DNA of 61,520 nucleotides from Patescibacteria group bacterium (lineage in GTDB: Bacteria > Patescibacteriota > Doudnabacteria > UBA920), in the NCBI GenBank assembly GCA_036266555.1, contig DATAMW010000030.1, positions 1-61,520 on the forward strand, read 5' to 3'. Numbering within the stretch: the stretch's first letter is position 1; every line of letters begins with the position of its first letter. The notes under the pieces are model-generated. The model did no database searches, was not told where the DNA came from, and saw only the letters and a program-made list of their open reading frames with translations. Both the position numbers and the translations under genes were made by a program. Below are positions 8,391 through 16,769 of the stretch, piece after piece.

Positions 8391-10658
8391 ATGCTAAAGA
8401 AAATTTTAGACAAATTAACTGGTAGCGGCGAGGGCAAAATCGGCGTTGCCCCTGACCAGCTGTATTGCAGTGTGGATTTAGAGTTCACCGGTTTTGACCC
8501 ATCAAAAGACCAAATCCTAGAAATTGGATTTGCGTTTTTCCGCATGTCCGAAAAAGGTGCGGAAATTACTGAGCAGTGGTCGCAGGTGTTTAAGTCATCG
8601 ATTGAAGTACATCCAAAGATTTTAGGTCTCACTGGGATTACTCAAGCAGAACTTGATGCCGCCCCAGACTTTAACGAGCACCGTGAATTTTTACAGGAAA
8701 AGTTGGGCAACGCGATTATCGTGGGGCACAATCCAGTTATGGATGTAAAGTTTTTGGAAGCGTATGGTTTAAAGCTGTCCGGAAAAATTGTTGATACCCT
8801 CGAGTTGGTGCAATTTATTTTGCCAACGCATCACAGTTATAACTTAGAAAACTTGGTGCACTATTTTGGCGTGAAGCATCATAATGCGCATCGTGCTTTA
8901 GGTGATGCAATTTCTACAGTGGAAGTACTGGAAAATTTAGTCCGCGTATACAATGCGTTTTCACCTGAGTTGAAAAACGAATTGTTGGCCGTGGCAAACC
9001 GCGGTGATTTTTTGTGGAAAAATTTATTCGCAATAGAGTTAGATAAAAAAGACATTGAGCAAAATGATTCGTTAGCACATAGCGGCGTTGCTACAAATAT
9101 AGAACCTTTGCAGCTTAGCGAAGGCTTAGTTACGATTGATAACACTTCAGACAATCATGCTGCGCGCGTAGCCTTAGGCTTAAAAGAAAAAAAATCACCA
9201 GCTGTGTTAGCGGTTGAATCATCTGCAACAGTAATGAAGTTGTGGCAAGACGGATTAGTACATGGTGTGTTTAAAACCGATGACACATTTTCCAAAGAAG
9301 CATTTGAAAAGTTTTTACAAACTGCATCAACAAACGAAGAGTTACGTTTCTGTTTAAAAATAATTGTGTGGCTACATACTAACTGGCAAACAGAAGTTGT
9401 GTTTGATTTGAACATTTCTTTTTTTGGCGGACAGTTTAGAAGTTCTATCGTTGGGGGTACCCCGCGCATTGGCGACGAACTAATTCTCTGTGTTGATTAC
9501 ACAACGTTACAAACAGAAAACTCGAGTTTGAAAAACAGAAATTTAGTAATTGTCGATATCCAAAATTTTGAAAAATTTATGAGTACTGGTTTTGGCACGC
9601 GCTTAAGTTGGAGCAGTGTGCTTTACTCTTTGAAATTAGTTTACAATCCTGAAACAGATTTTGGTGAAGTGAAAATTAAGGATGAAGTGTTGTCTGCCCT
9701 GGCCGGAGCAGATCTGTTTTTTGGATTAGTGTACATGCTGCTGCATCAAACTTTCCCAAGCAACCAATATGCCACAGTCGAAGAATTGGAAAATAACCAA
9801 CCGCACATTCTCAAGAGACTGCAAACTGCTGCGGAAACTTTAAAGAACAAACTGCAAGCCGTGCAAGATAAAACTCAAGCTACAGATTTAACCAGAACCA
9901 TTGGTTTGCTCGAGACATTTTTTCATCAGACAGAAGGCCGAGTGAAGTGGGTGACTATTGATGAGCGCAACTTGTCCTTCCATGACCAGCCTATCGACAT
10001 AGCTGCGAGTGTGCAAAAAGTCATCGAAGGCTTCTCGCATATAGCATTTACAGAAACTATTGCGCAACCAATATTACTTTCTTACTTAGTCGACCGTCTC
10101 GGGTTACGTACAGAGATATCCGAGTTTATTGATATTAATGAACCAAAGCTACCTCGCAACCTAAATGTTGTAGCTACAGAACAAACCTTAAATAGTGCAG
10201 AGCTGTATCAAGAAGTAATTGGTTCTCCTCTACCATTAGTAGTAATTTTTCCCGACTTAATCAGTGTGAAGAATTTTTACAATGATCACTATTCAGAAAT
10301 TAAAGAAAAAGCCGCACTTTTTGCGCAAGGATACTCTGGCGGCGGTAACAAAATGTTCCGCAACTTTAGTATTAAAGAAAATAGCATGTTGTTAGTCACT
10401 GCAGACTTCATGGCTAAGCAAAATTATAAAATTTCTGCGCAAACAGTAATATTTACAGCGCAACCAGGTGTGGAAAAAGAACATCCATACACTTCGGCAA
10501 TCTTAAAACACTGGGGAGATAAGCATTCAGACTTAATCTCCGCTTTTCAAGCTGCAAAAATAGTTTCTGCACTAAAAAAATTAAAATTATCGCACGGAGT
10601 GTTAGTAAAAATGTACAATGTGTCAGAAAATAATATTTTTGTGGATAACAGTCGTTGA
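8391..10658 (+). CDS. DnaQ-type 3'-5' exonuclease fused to a DinG-like (apparently motif-degenerate) helicase-like region
   Basis: N-terminal DEDDh motifs: SVDLEFTGFD, VGHNPVMDVKFL, HRALGDA. The remaining ~550 aa has the size and layout of Firmicute-type DinG, but I see no GxGKT/S Walker A or DEAH box. Confidence 0.6.
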   Translation: MLKKILDKLTGSGEGKIGVAPDQLYCSVDLEFTGFDPSKDQILEIGFAFFRMSEKGAEITEQWSQVFKSSIEVHPKILGLTGITQAELDAAPDFNEHREFLQEKLGNAIIVGHNPVMDVKFLEAYGLKLSGKIVDTLELVQFILPTHHSYNLENLVHYFGVKHHNAHRALGDAISTVEVLENLVRVYNAFSPELKNELLAVANRGDFLWKNLFAIELDKKDIEQNDSLAHSGVATNIEPLQLSEGLVTIDNTSDNHAARVALGLKEKKSPAVLAVESSATVMKLWQDGLVHGVFKTDDTFSKEAFEKFLQTASTNEELRFCLKIIVWLHTNWQTEVVFDLNISFFGGQFRSSIVGGTPRIGDELILCVDYTTLQTENSSLKNRNLVIVDIQNFEKFMSTGFGTRLSWSSVLYSLKLVYNPETDFGEVKIKDEVLSALAGADLFFGLVYMLLHQTFPSNQYATVEELENNQPHILKRLQTAAETLKNKLQAVQDKTQATDLTRTIGLLETFFHQTEGRVKWVTIDERNLSFHDQPIDIAASVQKVIEGFSHIAFTETIAQPILLSYLVDRLGLRTEISEFIDINEPKLPRNLNVVATEQTLNSAELYQEVIGSPLPLVVIFPDLISVKNFYNDHYSEIKEKAALFAQGYSGGGNKMFRNFSIKENSMLLVTADFMAKQNYKISAQTVIFTAQPGVEKEHPYTSAILKHWGDKHSDLISAFQAAKIVSALKKLKLSHGVLVKMYNVSENNIFVDNSR

Positions 10659-10683
10659 CAAAAGCAAAAATTTATGATAACAT
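10655..10683 (+). promoter_or_regulatory. Sigma70-type promoter (TTGACA-17-TAACAT) overlapping the stop codon of the preceding gene
   Basis: -35 TTGACA at 10655-10660, 17-nt spacer, -10 TAACAT at 10678-10683. It faces an ORF-free region. Confidence 0.45.
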
Positions 10684-10689
10684 ATGTAT

Positions 10690-11206
10690 GTAAGTTAATT
10701 AGCTCCTTGAAAACAAAATAAATATTGCAACTGAACCGAGGGGATCTGCGCTTGAGGTCTAGAGACTCAATTGAGCGTAGCTTTCCTTCTTACTTCTCGT
10801 CATAGCCTATTCTAATCTAGGCTGATTGAAAACAAAAATAAAAATGTAGGTTCTTCGATTGCCTTACAATCGACAAAAATTTTCTTAAAACAAAAATCAA
10901 AAAAGAGCAAAAAAGTTTAGGTCTAACGACCACAAGAGGAGTTAGGAGTGCAGTTTGCAATTGATTAGAATGTAGACATATCTTTCAACAAGTGGTTGAA
11001 AGTCACTTAAGATGATGAAATGTTATCTAGTGCCAAAGGTCTAGGATCTCATAGGATGAGGTCCTGCAGCTTTGGCGCTGAATAGCTCAAGTCTTGAGTT
11101 AGCGTCACAACTGGCCTGTTCATTTATATAATAAGGGGCCCTAGTTGGGGCGCTTTTTGATTTTTAAGGTTAGTTTTTATCACAATGCCAAGCGCATTGT
11201 TTTTTA
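10690..11206 (+). ncRNA. Candidate structured non-coding RNA(s), family unidentified
   Basis: ~590-nt gap with no ORF of 60 aa or more on either strand. Hairpins read directly: AGCCTA..TAGGCT (10804-10824), TCGATTG..CAATCGA (10855-10873), CTTTCAAC..GTTGAAAG (10982-11002), and GCCAAAG[GGATCTCAT-agg-ATGAGGTCC]CTTTGGC (11032-11076). Bounded by a promoter upstream and a strong terminator at 11182-11206. Confidence 0.4.
11182..11206 (+). terminator. Intrinsic terminator
   Basis: ACAATGC-caagc-GCATTGT followed by T6. Confidence 0.7.
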
Positions 11207-11254
11207 TTACAAAATTGCTATAGTATATATAGAGAAGAAATTTAACAAAACTTT

Positions 11255-11560
11255 ATGTTATCAAAAGAATTTATAGAAGAGATGCGCGCTAAACTGTTGG
11301 CGGAAAAGGAATTGCTGACTACAGATGCAGCTGGTTTAGACGAGCACACCGAAATTGGCCGCGAGTCTGATGAAAATGCACAAGAAGTTGAATTAGATGA
11401 TGTGAATGCAGACATGCGCAGCCGCATGAAAGGTGATTTAGAAAAAATTGAGAAAGCTTTATCAAAAATTGATGATGGTACTTACGGTACAGACGACGAA
11501 GGTAAAGAAATTTCTGAAGAACGATTACGCGTTATCCCTTGGGCTGATCAAGCAATTTAG
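11255..11560 (+). CDS. DksA/TraR-family-like protein lacking the C4 zinc-finger cysteines
   Basis: Coiled-coil N-terminal part. The C-terminal IDDGTYGTDDEGKEISEERLRVIPWADQ parallels the GTYGxCxxCGxxIxxxRLxAxPxAxxC motif of TraR/DksA proteins, with every Cys replaced. Sits directly upstream of lspA. Confidence 0.5.
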   Translation: MLSKEFIEEMRAKLLAEKELLTTDAAGLDEHTEIGRESDENAQEVELDDVNADMRSRMKGDLEKIEKALSKIDDGTYGTDDEGKEISEERLRVIPWADQAI

Positions 11561-11565
11561 TTTTT

Positions 11566-12039
11566 GTGTTCAACAAAGTTTCTAAATTTAATTTTTGGTT
11601 ACCTTTAGTAATTTTATTTATTGGAATCGATCAAGCCACAAAATGGTTAGCAATACATTTTGGCTGGTCGATTTTTTTTAATTCACAATTTGCATTTAGT
11701 CTACCTGTCCCACAAGTTGTGATGTATTTAATTTACGTTGTAGTGTTAGTGGGTATGACTGTGTATGTTTACCGAACGTGGCACAGATTTTCAAACATTC
11801 AAATTTTAGCTTGGGCATTTGTCTACGCTGGGGGACTGTCGAACATTGGTGAGCGCATTGCACTTGGTTACGTGCGAGACTTTATTTCCATTTCATCTGG
11901 CACTTTAAATGTTGCAGACTTTTTTATTATCATTGGTTTGGTTTTGTTGTTAGTGAGTAGCCGATACACAAAGATGAACGAAGATTCAGGCGAGCACAGT
12001 ACTGAAGCACCGCCAGAAAACTTGAACAAAACTTTATAA
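11566..12039 (+). CDS. lspA: Lipoprotein signal peptidase (signal peptidase II)
   Basis: GTG start, four TM segments, conserved GGLSNIGERIALGYVRDFI and NVADFFIIIG blocks containing the catalytic Asp residues. Confidence 0.9.
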   Translation: MFNKVSKFNFWLPLVILFIGIDQATKWLAIHFGWSIFFNSQFAFSLPVPQVVMYLIYVVVLVGMTVYVYRTWHRFSNIQILAWAFVYAGGLSNIGERIALGYVRDFISISSGTLNVADFFIIIGLVLLLVSSRYTKMNEDSGEHSTEAPPENLNKTL

Positions 12040-12082
12040 TTTCTTTACGATAGTTTTATCTGCGGTTTGATATTCTGTACGC

Positions 12083-13633
12083 ATGTCAGTACAAAAAATC
12101 ATGACCGCTACTTTAGTGGGAATCAATGCCGCGCTTGTCGAAGTGGAGGCCGACGTTAGTAATGGTTTGCCTGCCACAATTATGGTGGGCTTGCCAGACA
12201 CCGCAGTGCAGGAAAGTCGGGAGCGCGTGCGTTCAGCGATAAAACATTCTGGGTTTTTGTATCCGCAAACGCGTGTGTCTTTGAACTTGGCTCCGGGTGG
12301 CTTGCCGAAAGTGGGCACACATTTTGATGTGCCAATTGCTGTGGCAATAATGCTGGCCAATGGCCTGAAAATTCGCACGCGCGCAGATGTCTTGGAAAAA
12401 CAATTGTTCGTGGGCGAGCTCTCGCTTGATGGTTCGGTTAAGGCCACGCCCGGGGTGTTAGCCATGACTCAAGCTGCTCGCGACCATGGTTTTCATTCTG
12501 TGTTTGTCCCAGCAGAGAATGCTGCTATGGCAGCGCTAGTCAATGAAATCAAGGTGTTTCCAGTCATGAGCCTAGAACAATTGTTGAATCATGTTATTGG
12601 CAGTGAATTAATTGAGCCGTACATTTCTTCTAACCTCAGCCCTGGCTTTGCCAACGCAACGCCAGCGCGCCACCACGATGCAGAAATTGATTTTGCAAAT
12701 ATTGCTGGCCAGCAATATGCCAAACGCGCATTGGAAATTGCAGCAGCTGGTGGTCACAACATTCTGATGACTGGTCCGCCTGGTAGTGGCAAAACTATGT
12801 TGGCCAAAGCCTTGCCGGGAATTTTGCCGTTGCTCGCGCCGGAAGAAGTTTTAGAACTAACAAAAATCTACAACAGCTCGGGTTTGATGAAAGCCGGAAT
12901 TATCGAGCAACGGCCGGTGCGCTCGCCTCACCACACAGCATCAGCCATCGCGCTAATTGGTGGCGGCGCAGTCCCACGCCCAGGCGAAGTAACGCTCGCG
13001 CACCACGGCGTGTTGTTTTTAGACGAGTTGCGTGAATTTTCGAGAAGTGCGCTGGAAGTATTGCGCCAACCATTGGAAGACAATGTCATAACTATTACGC
13101 GGCTGCGAAATTCGTATAGCTTTCCAGCGAGCTTCATTTTAGTGGCTGCAAAAAATCCGTGTCCGTGCGGAAACTATGGTCAAACAAATTTAGAATGTGT
13201 TTGCGCACCAGCCAACATGCAGCGTTACAGAAAAAAATTATCCGGACCACTTTTAGACAGAATCGATTTGCACATCAATGTACCACGTTTGTCTTACAAA
13301 GATTTCACAAGCACGCAAACAAAAAACGAATCTTCAGCCGTAGTCCAACAACGAGTCACTGCAGCGCGCACTAAACAAACCTCAAGGTTCAATGCACCAA
13401 AAACTAATTCCGAAATGTCGCCAACAGAATTAAAAAAATTCTGCGCCATAGATTCCGCAAGCAATAATCTCCTTGAACAAGCTGCAAATAAATATTTGCT
13501 GTCTGGTCGGAGCATCCACAGAGTGTTAAAAGTGGCCAGAACCATCGCCGATCTTGCAAACAGCGAAAACATCAACATTGATCATTTAGCAGAAAGTCTG
13601 CAATATCGATTGCGAGAGGAGCCAACGGCGTAG
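12083..13633 (+). CDS. comM: YifB/ComM family Mg-chelatase-like ATPase
   Basis: N-terminal Lon-protease-like domain (VEADVSNGLPATIMVGLPDTAVQESRERV), AAA+ Walker A MTGPPGSGKTML, Walker B VLFLDEL, and the zinc-ribbon-like CPCGNYG..C.C insertion. Confidence 0.9.
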   Translation: MSVQKIMTATLVGINAALVEVEADVSNGLPATIMVGLPDTAVQESRERVRSAIKHSGFLYPQTRVSLNLAPGGLPKVGTHFDVPIAVAIMLANGLKIRTRADVLEKQLFVGELSLDGSVKATPGVLAMTQAARDHGFHSVFVPAENAAMAALVNEIKVFPVMSLEQLLNHVIGSELIEPYISSNLSPGFANATPARHHDAEIDFANIAGQQYAKRALEIAAAGGHNILMTGPPGSGKTMLAKALPGILPLLAPEEVLELTKIYNSSGLMKAGIIEQRPVRSPHHTASAIALIGGGAVPRPGEVTLAHHGVLFLDELREFSRSALEVLRQPLEDNVITITRLRNSYSFPASFILVAAKNPCPCGNYGQTNLECVCAPANMQRYRKKLSGPLLDRIDLHINVPRLSYKDFTSTQTKNESSAVVQQRVTAARTKQTSRFNAPKTNSEMSPTELKKFCAIDSASNNLLEQAANKYLLSGRSIHRVLKVARTIADLANSENINIDHLAESLQYRLREEPTA

Positions 13634-13639
13634 TATAAT
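13634..13639 (+). promoter_or_regulatory. -10 box (TATAAT) 6 nt upstream of the galU ATG (leaderless-type start)
   Basis: TAG stop of comM (13631-13633) is followed directly by TATAAT (13634-13639), then 6 nt, then ATG 13646. Confidence 0.45.
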
Positions 13640-13645
13640 GCATAC

Positions 13646-14542
13646 ATGCAGAAAAAAGTTAGAAAAGCGGTTATTCCTGTTGCTGGGTTTGGAACTCGTT
13701 TCCTGCCAGCGACAAAAGCCCAGCCAAAGGAAATGTTGCCTTTGGTCGATAAGCCAATTATTCAATATGTAGTGGAAGATGCGGTTTCCGCCGGAATTGA
13801 AGATATTATTCTGGTTACTGGATGGCACAAACGCAATATTGAAGACCATTTTGATTATCCATTTGAGTTAGAAAAGCGTTTAGAGGAGTCTGGCAAGCAT
13901 GCTCAGCTTGAAGAAATCCGAAAAATCGCAAATATGGCCAATTTTTACTATGTTCGCCAAAAAGGGCCATTAGGGAATGCGACCCCGATTTGGAACGCTC
14001 GCCATATTATTGGTGATGAGCCTTTCCTTGTTTTATGGGGTGATGACGTATTTGAGGCTAATCCTAGTCGCAGCCAGCAATTAGTAGATGCGTATGCTCA
14101 AAATGGTGGCAGCGCTATTTTGGCTGGTGTGAATGCGACAAAACCTGATGACTACAAACGATTTGGTTATGCCGCAGGCGTGAAAGGTGATAATGGCTTA
14201 TTAAAGATCAATGAAATTGTAGAAAAGCCAGGTAAGCCTTTAGCTAATGATCATACCGCAGTTGTTTCCGGATTAGTGCTAGGGCCAGAATTTTTCCCAG
14301 CCATGGAAGAAGCTATGAAGCGTTATAGCGACAACAATACTCCAGGTGAATTGGTGTACATAGATGCCATCAATATTCTACTCGAACAAAACAAAGATTG
14401 TTATGCATTAGAAATTGAGAATGGCCGCTACTATGATTGTGGTAACAAACTCGAATATTTAAAAGCAGTGGTGGAGTTTGGTCTCAAGCATGAAGACATG
14501 AAAGATGAATTCAGCGATTTCCTAAAAAAGATTTCCAAATAA
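13646..14542 (+). CDS. galU: UTP--glucose-1-phosphate uridylyltransferase
   Basis: KAVIPVAGFGTRFLPATKAQPKEMLPLVDKPIIQYVVEDA is the canonical GalU N-terminal signature; length is typical. Confidence 0.93.
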   Translation: MQKKVRKAVIPVAGFGTRFLPATKAQPKEMLPLVDKPIIQYVVEDAVSAGIEDIILVTGWHKRNIEDHFDYPFELEKRLEESGKHAQLEEIRKIANMANFYYVRQKGPLGNATPIWNARHIIGDEPFLVLWGDDVFEANPSRSQQLVDAYAQNGGSAILAGVNATKPDDYKRFGYAAGVKGDNGLLKINEIVEKPGKPLANDHTAVVSGLVLGPEFFPAMEEAMKRYSDNNTPGELVYIDAINILLEQNKDCYALEIENGRYYDCGNKLEYLKAVVEFGLKHEDMKDEFSDFLKKISK

Positions 14543-14570
14543 TTTTAGAGCTAAAAAAGAAGAAACAAAA

Positions 14571-15878
14571 ATGAAAAAATATTTTAATAAAATCAGTAAA
14601 GCTTCTGTCTTGTTAGCAATTGCTACTTTGCCATTGCTAGCTTTGGGTTGTGGTGGTCCTTCTGCACCTAACTCTGGTCCAGTGACAATCAAAATTTGGA
14701 AGCCGTTTGTAGATTCAGACAAAATGCAAACTATCATGTCTGAGTATCAAGCGAAACACACGAACGTCACTTTTGAATATACGAAAAAAAATATTGATAA
14801 CTACGAACCAGATTTACTAAACGCATTAGCAGCTGGTACTGGCCCGGATATTTATTCCATCAACAACACATGGGTGCCACGCTACATGGATAAAATTACC
14901 CCTGCGCCTGACAAAGTGTTTACAGTGAAAGATTACAAAGAAACTTTTGTTGATGCCATGGCATCGGATTTAATTAAAGACAACAAGATTTACGGCACAG
15001 CCATGTGGGTAGATTCGCTTGGGCTTTACTACAACAAGGATCTAATGGGAACTGCAGGAATTGCAGTGCCGCCGAAAACTTGGAATCAATTAGCGGAAGA
15101 CTCTCGCAAAATTACTCGCCAAGATGCCACTGGCTACTTTAGCCGCAGCGGTGTAGCAATAGGCACAAACAGCAATGTTAATAGGGGTGTGGACGTTATC
15201 TATTTGCTTATGCTGCAAGCTGGCGTAGTGCCATGGACAGCAGACGGTGCATCTCCGCAGTTTGCCAACACTATTACTAAAAATGGCAACAGTGTTGCCG
15301 CTGGTCAAGACGCAGTAAATTTTTACACATCTTTTGCAAACCCAACCAGCGCTAACTACACCTGGAATGCCAACAGCGACTACTCTATAGATGCATTTGC
15401 AAACGGTCGCGCTGCATTTTTGTACGGCTACTCACACGCCCGCGCCACAATTGACAGCAAAGCACCAAACTTGAATTACGATGTTGCGCCAGTGCCACAA
15501 AATAATTTAGATGATCCAACAGTCAACTACTCAAACTATTTTGCAGAAGTAGTAAGCAAGCAAAGCAAGAACACAGCATGGGCTTGGGACTTCTTAAAGT
15601 TTGCGACCAGCAAAGATTCATTGGACAAATATTATAAACAAGACAAGGAACCATCTTCACGCCGCGACTTAATTGAACTGCAAGCAAGTGATGAACAGAT
15701 CGGCGTGTTCGCTCATGCTAACTTAACAGGTAAGACTTTTTACAAAGCTGATGAAACTAAGTTCGATGCAATTATCGGCGACATGATTGATAATATTATT
15801 TTACGAGGTCAAACAGTAGAGCAATCTTTGAACAGAGCACAGTCACAGGCGAGTACGCTGTCCTTGCTGCGTAATTAA
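14571..15878 (+). CDS. ABC-transporter substrate-binding lipoprotein (family 1, sugar-type), with no adjacent permease or ATPase
   Basis: Signal peptide with a lipobox-like LLALGC. MalE-like blocks (GPDIYSINNTWVPRYMD, YGTAMWVDSLGLYYNKDL). No ABC membrane or ATPase genes are adjacent. Confidence 0.75.
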   Translation: MKKYFNKISKASVLLAIATLPLLALGCGGPSAPNSGPVTIKIWKPFVDSDKMQTIMSEYQAKHTNVTFEYTKKNIDNYEPDLLNALAAGTGPDIYSINNTWVPRYMDKITPAPDKVFTVKDYKETFVDAMASDLIKDNKIYGTAMWVDSLGLYYNKDLMGTAGIAVPPKTWNQLAEDSRKITRQDATGYFSRSGVAIGTNSNVNRGVDVIYLLMLQAGVVPWTADGASPQFANTITKNGNSVAAGQDAVNFYTSFANPTSANYTWNANSDYSIDAFANGRAAFLYGYSHARATIDSKAPNLNYDVAPVPQNNLDDPTVNYSNYFAEVVSKQSKNTAWAWDFLKFATSKDSLDKYYKQDKEPSSRRDLIELQASDEQIGVFAHANLTGKTFYKADETKFDAIIGDMIDNIILRGQTVEQSLNRAQSQASTLSLLRN

Positions 15879-15886
15879 AATTTGAA

Positions 15887-16387
15887 ATGACAACTGAAAC
15901 GAAAACAAAAACTAAACAATACAATTTTGCCCCAAAAATATTTGGTGCTTTAGTCGGGTTAATAGTTATTGCTGCGGTAATCATTATTGCCACTCATGCA
16001 CCGCACGCATTAGCTCAGTCTGCCCCGGCCAATGGCGATGCCGGCGGTTTTGTCCCGTGCGGCAACGAAGCCACTAACCCCTGCCAGATCGGGCATTTAT
16101 TTTCCACTTTTGTGGTGATCGTGAACTACTTAATTGCGATGGCTGGATTCATTGCGGTAATCGCCATAGTTTATGCCGGTTTTCTCATGGTCTACTCTCA
16201 AGGCGAAGAACGACTACGTGAGGCAAAAGGGAGATTGTCTGGCGCGGTAATGGGGCTGGTTTTAGTAGCAGCTGCTTTTGTACTGATTAACGCGTTGTTC
16301 ACTGGTAGTTTAAGCATTGGTGTAAAACAAGGTGGGGACGTACTGTCTAGCCCACTAGAATATATCAAAAACGGCCCAGGAAATTAA
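15887..16387 (+). CDS. TrbC/VirB2-like (T4SS-pilin-like) membrane protein, paralog P1
   Basis: Signal/TM segment, a Cys pair (CGNEATNPC), then the two-helix module VNYLIAMAGFIAVIAIVYAGFLMVYSQGEERLREAKGRLSGAVMGLVLVAAAFVLINALF shared with P2-P7. Confidence 0.6.
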   Translation: MTTETKTKTKQYNFAPKIFGALVGLIVIAAVIIIATHAPHALAQSAPANGDAGGFVPCGNEATNPCQIGHLFSTFVVIVNYLIAMAGFIAVIAIVYAGFLMVYSQGEERLREAKGRLSGAVMGLVLVAAAFVLINALFTGSLSIGVKQGGDVLSSPLEYIKNGPGN

Positions 16388-16397
16388 TTAATATTTT

Positions 16398-16769
16398 ATG
16401 AATAATTTAATTGCATTGGAGCCATTGCCACCAAGGAATACAAACACCACTCCAAAACCGCCTGCTAATACAAACGCTAATGCCAACGCGAACACGACGC
16501 AGGTGGTAATTCCACAAATTACTAATCCATTTGGCAAAGATGCAGCTACTGTTCCTGGTATTGCCAACCGCACTATTAATGTATTGCTGGCCTTAATTGT
16601 GATTGCGGCAGTGGTTGTGATTATTATTTCCGGTTTTCGCATGATTACTGGCGGCAGCAATCCAGAACAACTTAAAACTGCTAAGCGCGGCATTGCTTGG
16701 GCAATCATCGGCATCTTGGTAGCCTTTATGTCGTTCGTTATTGTGCAAATTGTTCAGAAACTTCTATGA
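16398..16769 (+). CDS. TrbC/VirB2-like membrane protein, paralog P2
   Basis: N/T/A-rich N-terminus (NTNANANANT), then the module LLALIVIAAVVVIIISGFRMITGGSNPEQLKTAKRGIAWAIIGILVAFMSFVIVQIVQKLL. Confidence 0.6.
   Translation: MNNLIALEPLPPRNTNTTPKPPANTNANANANTTQVVIPQITNPFGKDAATVPGIANRTINVLLALIVIAAVVVIIISGFRMITGGSNPEQLKTAKRGIAWAIIGILVAFMSFVIVQIVQKLL

Noticed and set aside
10740-11160. Possible tmRNA or RNase P RNA in the 10.7-11.2 kb gap (begins GGGGATC..., size about right)
   Set aside because: I found no 3' partner for a GGGGATC acceptor stem, no GGTTCGAATCC-like T-arm with ACCA, no plausible tag ORF ending in a hydrophobic ..AA, and no GAGGAAAGTCC-type RNase P CR-I. It is kept only as an unclassified ncRNA candidate.
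12034-12465. 143-aa minus-strand ORF antisense to comM; also similar antisense ORFs within ftsK, recA, ftsH, smc, nusA and others
   Set aside because: All lie within well-supported + strand genes with clear family motifs. None has independent support.
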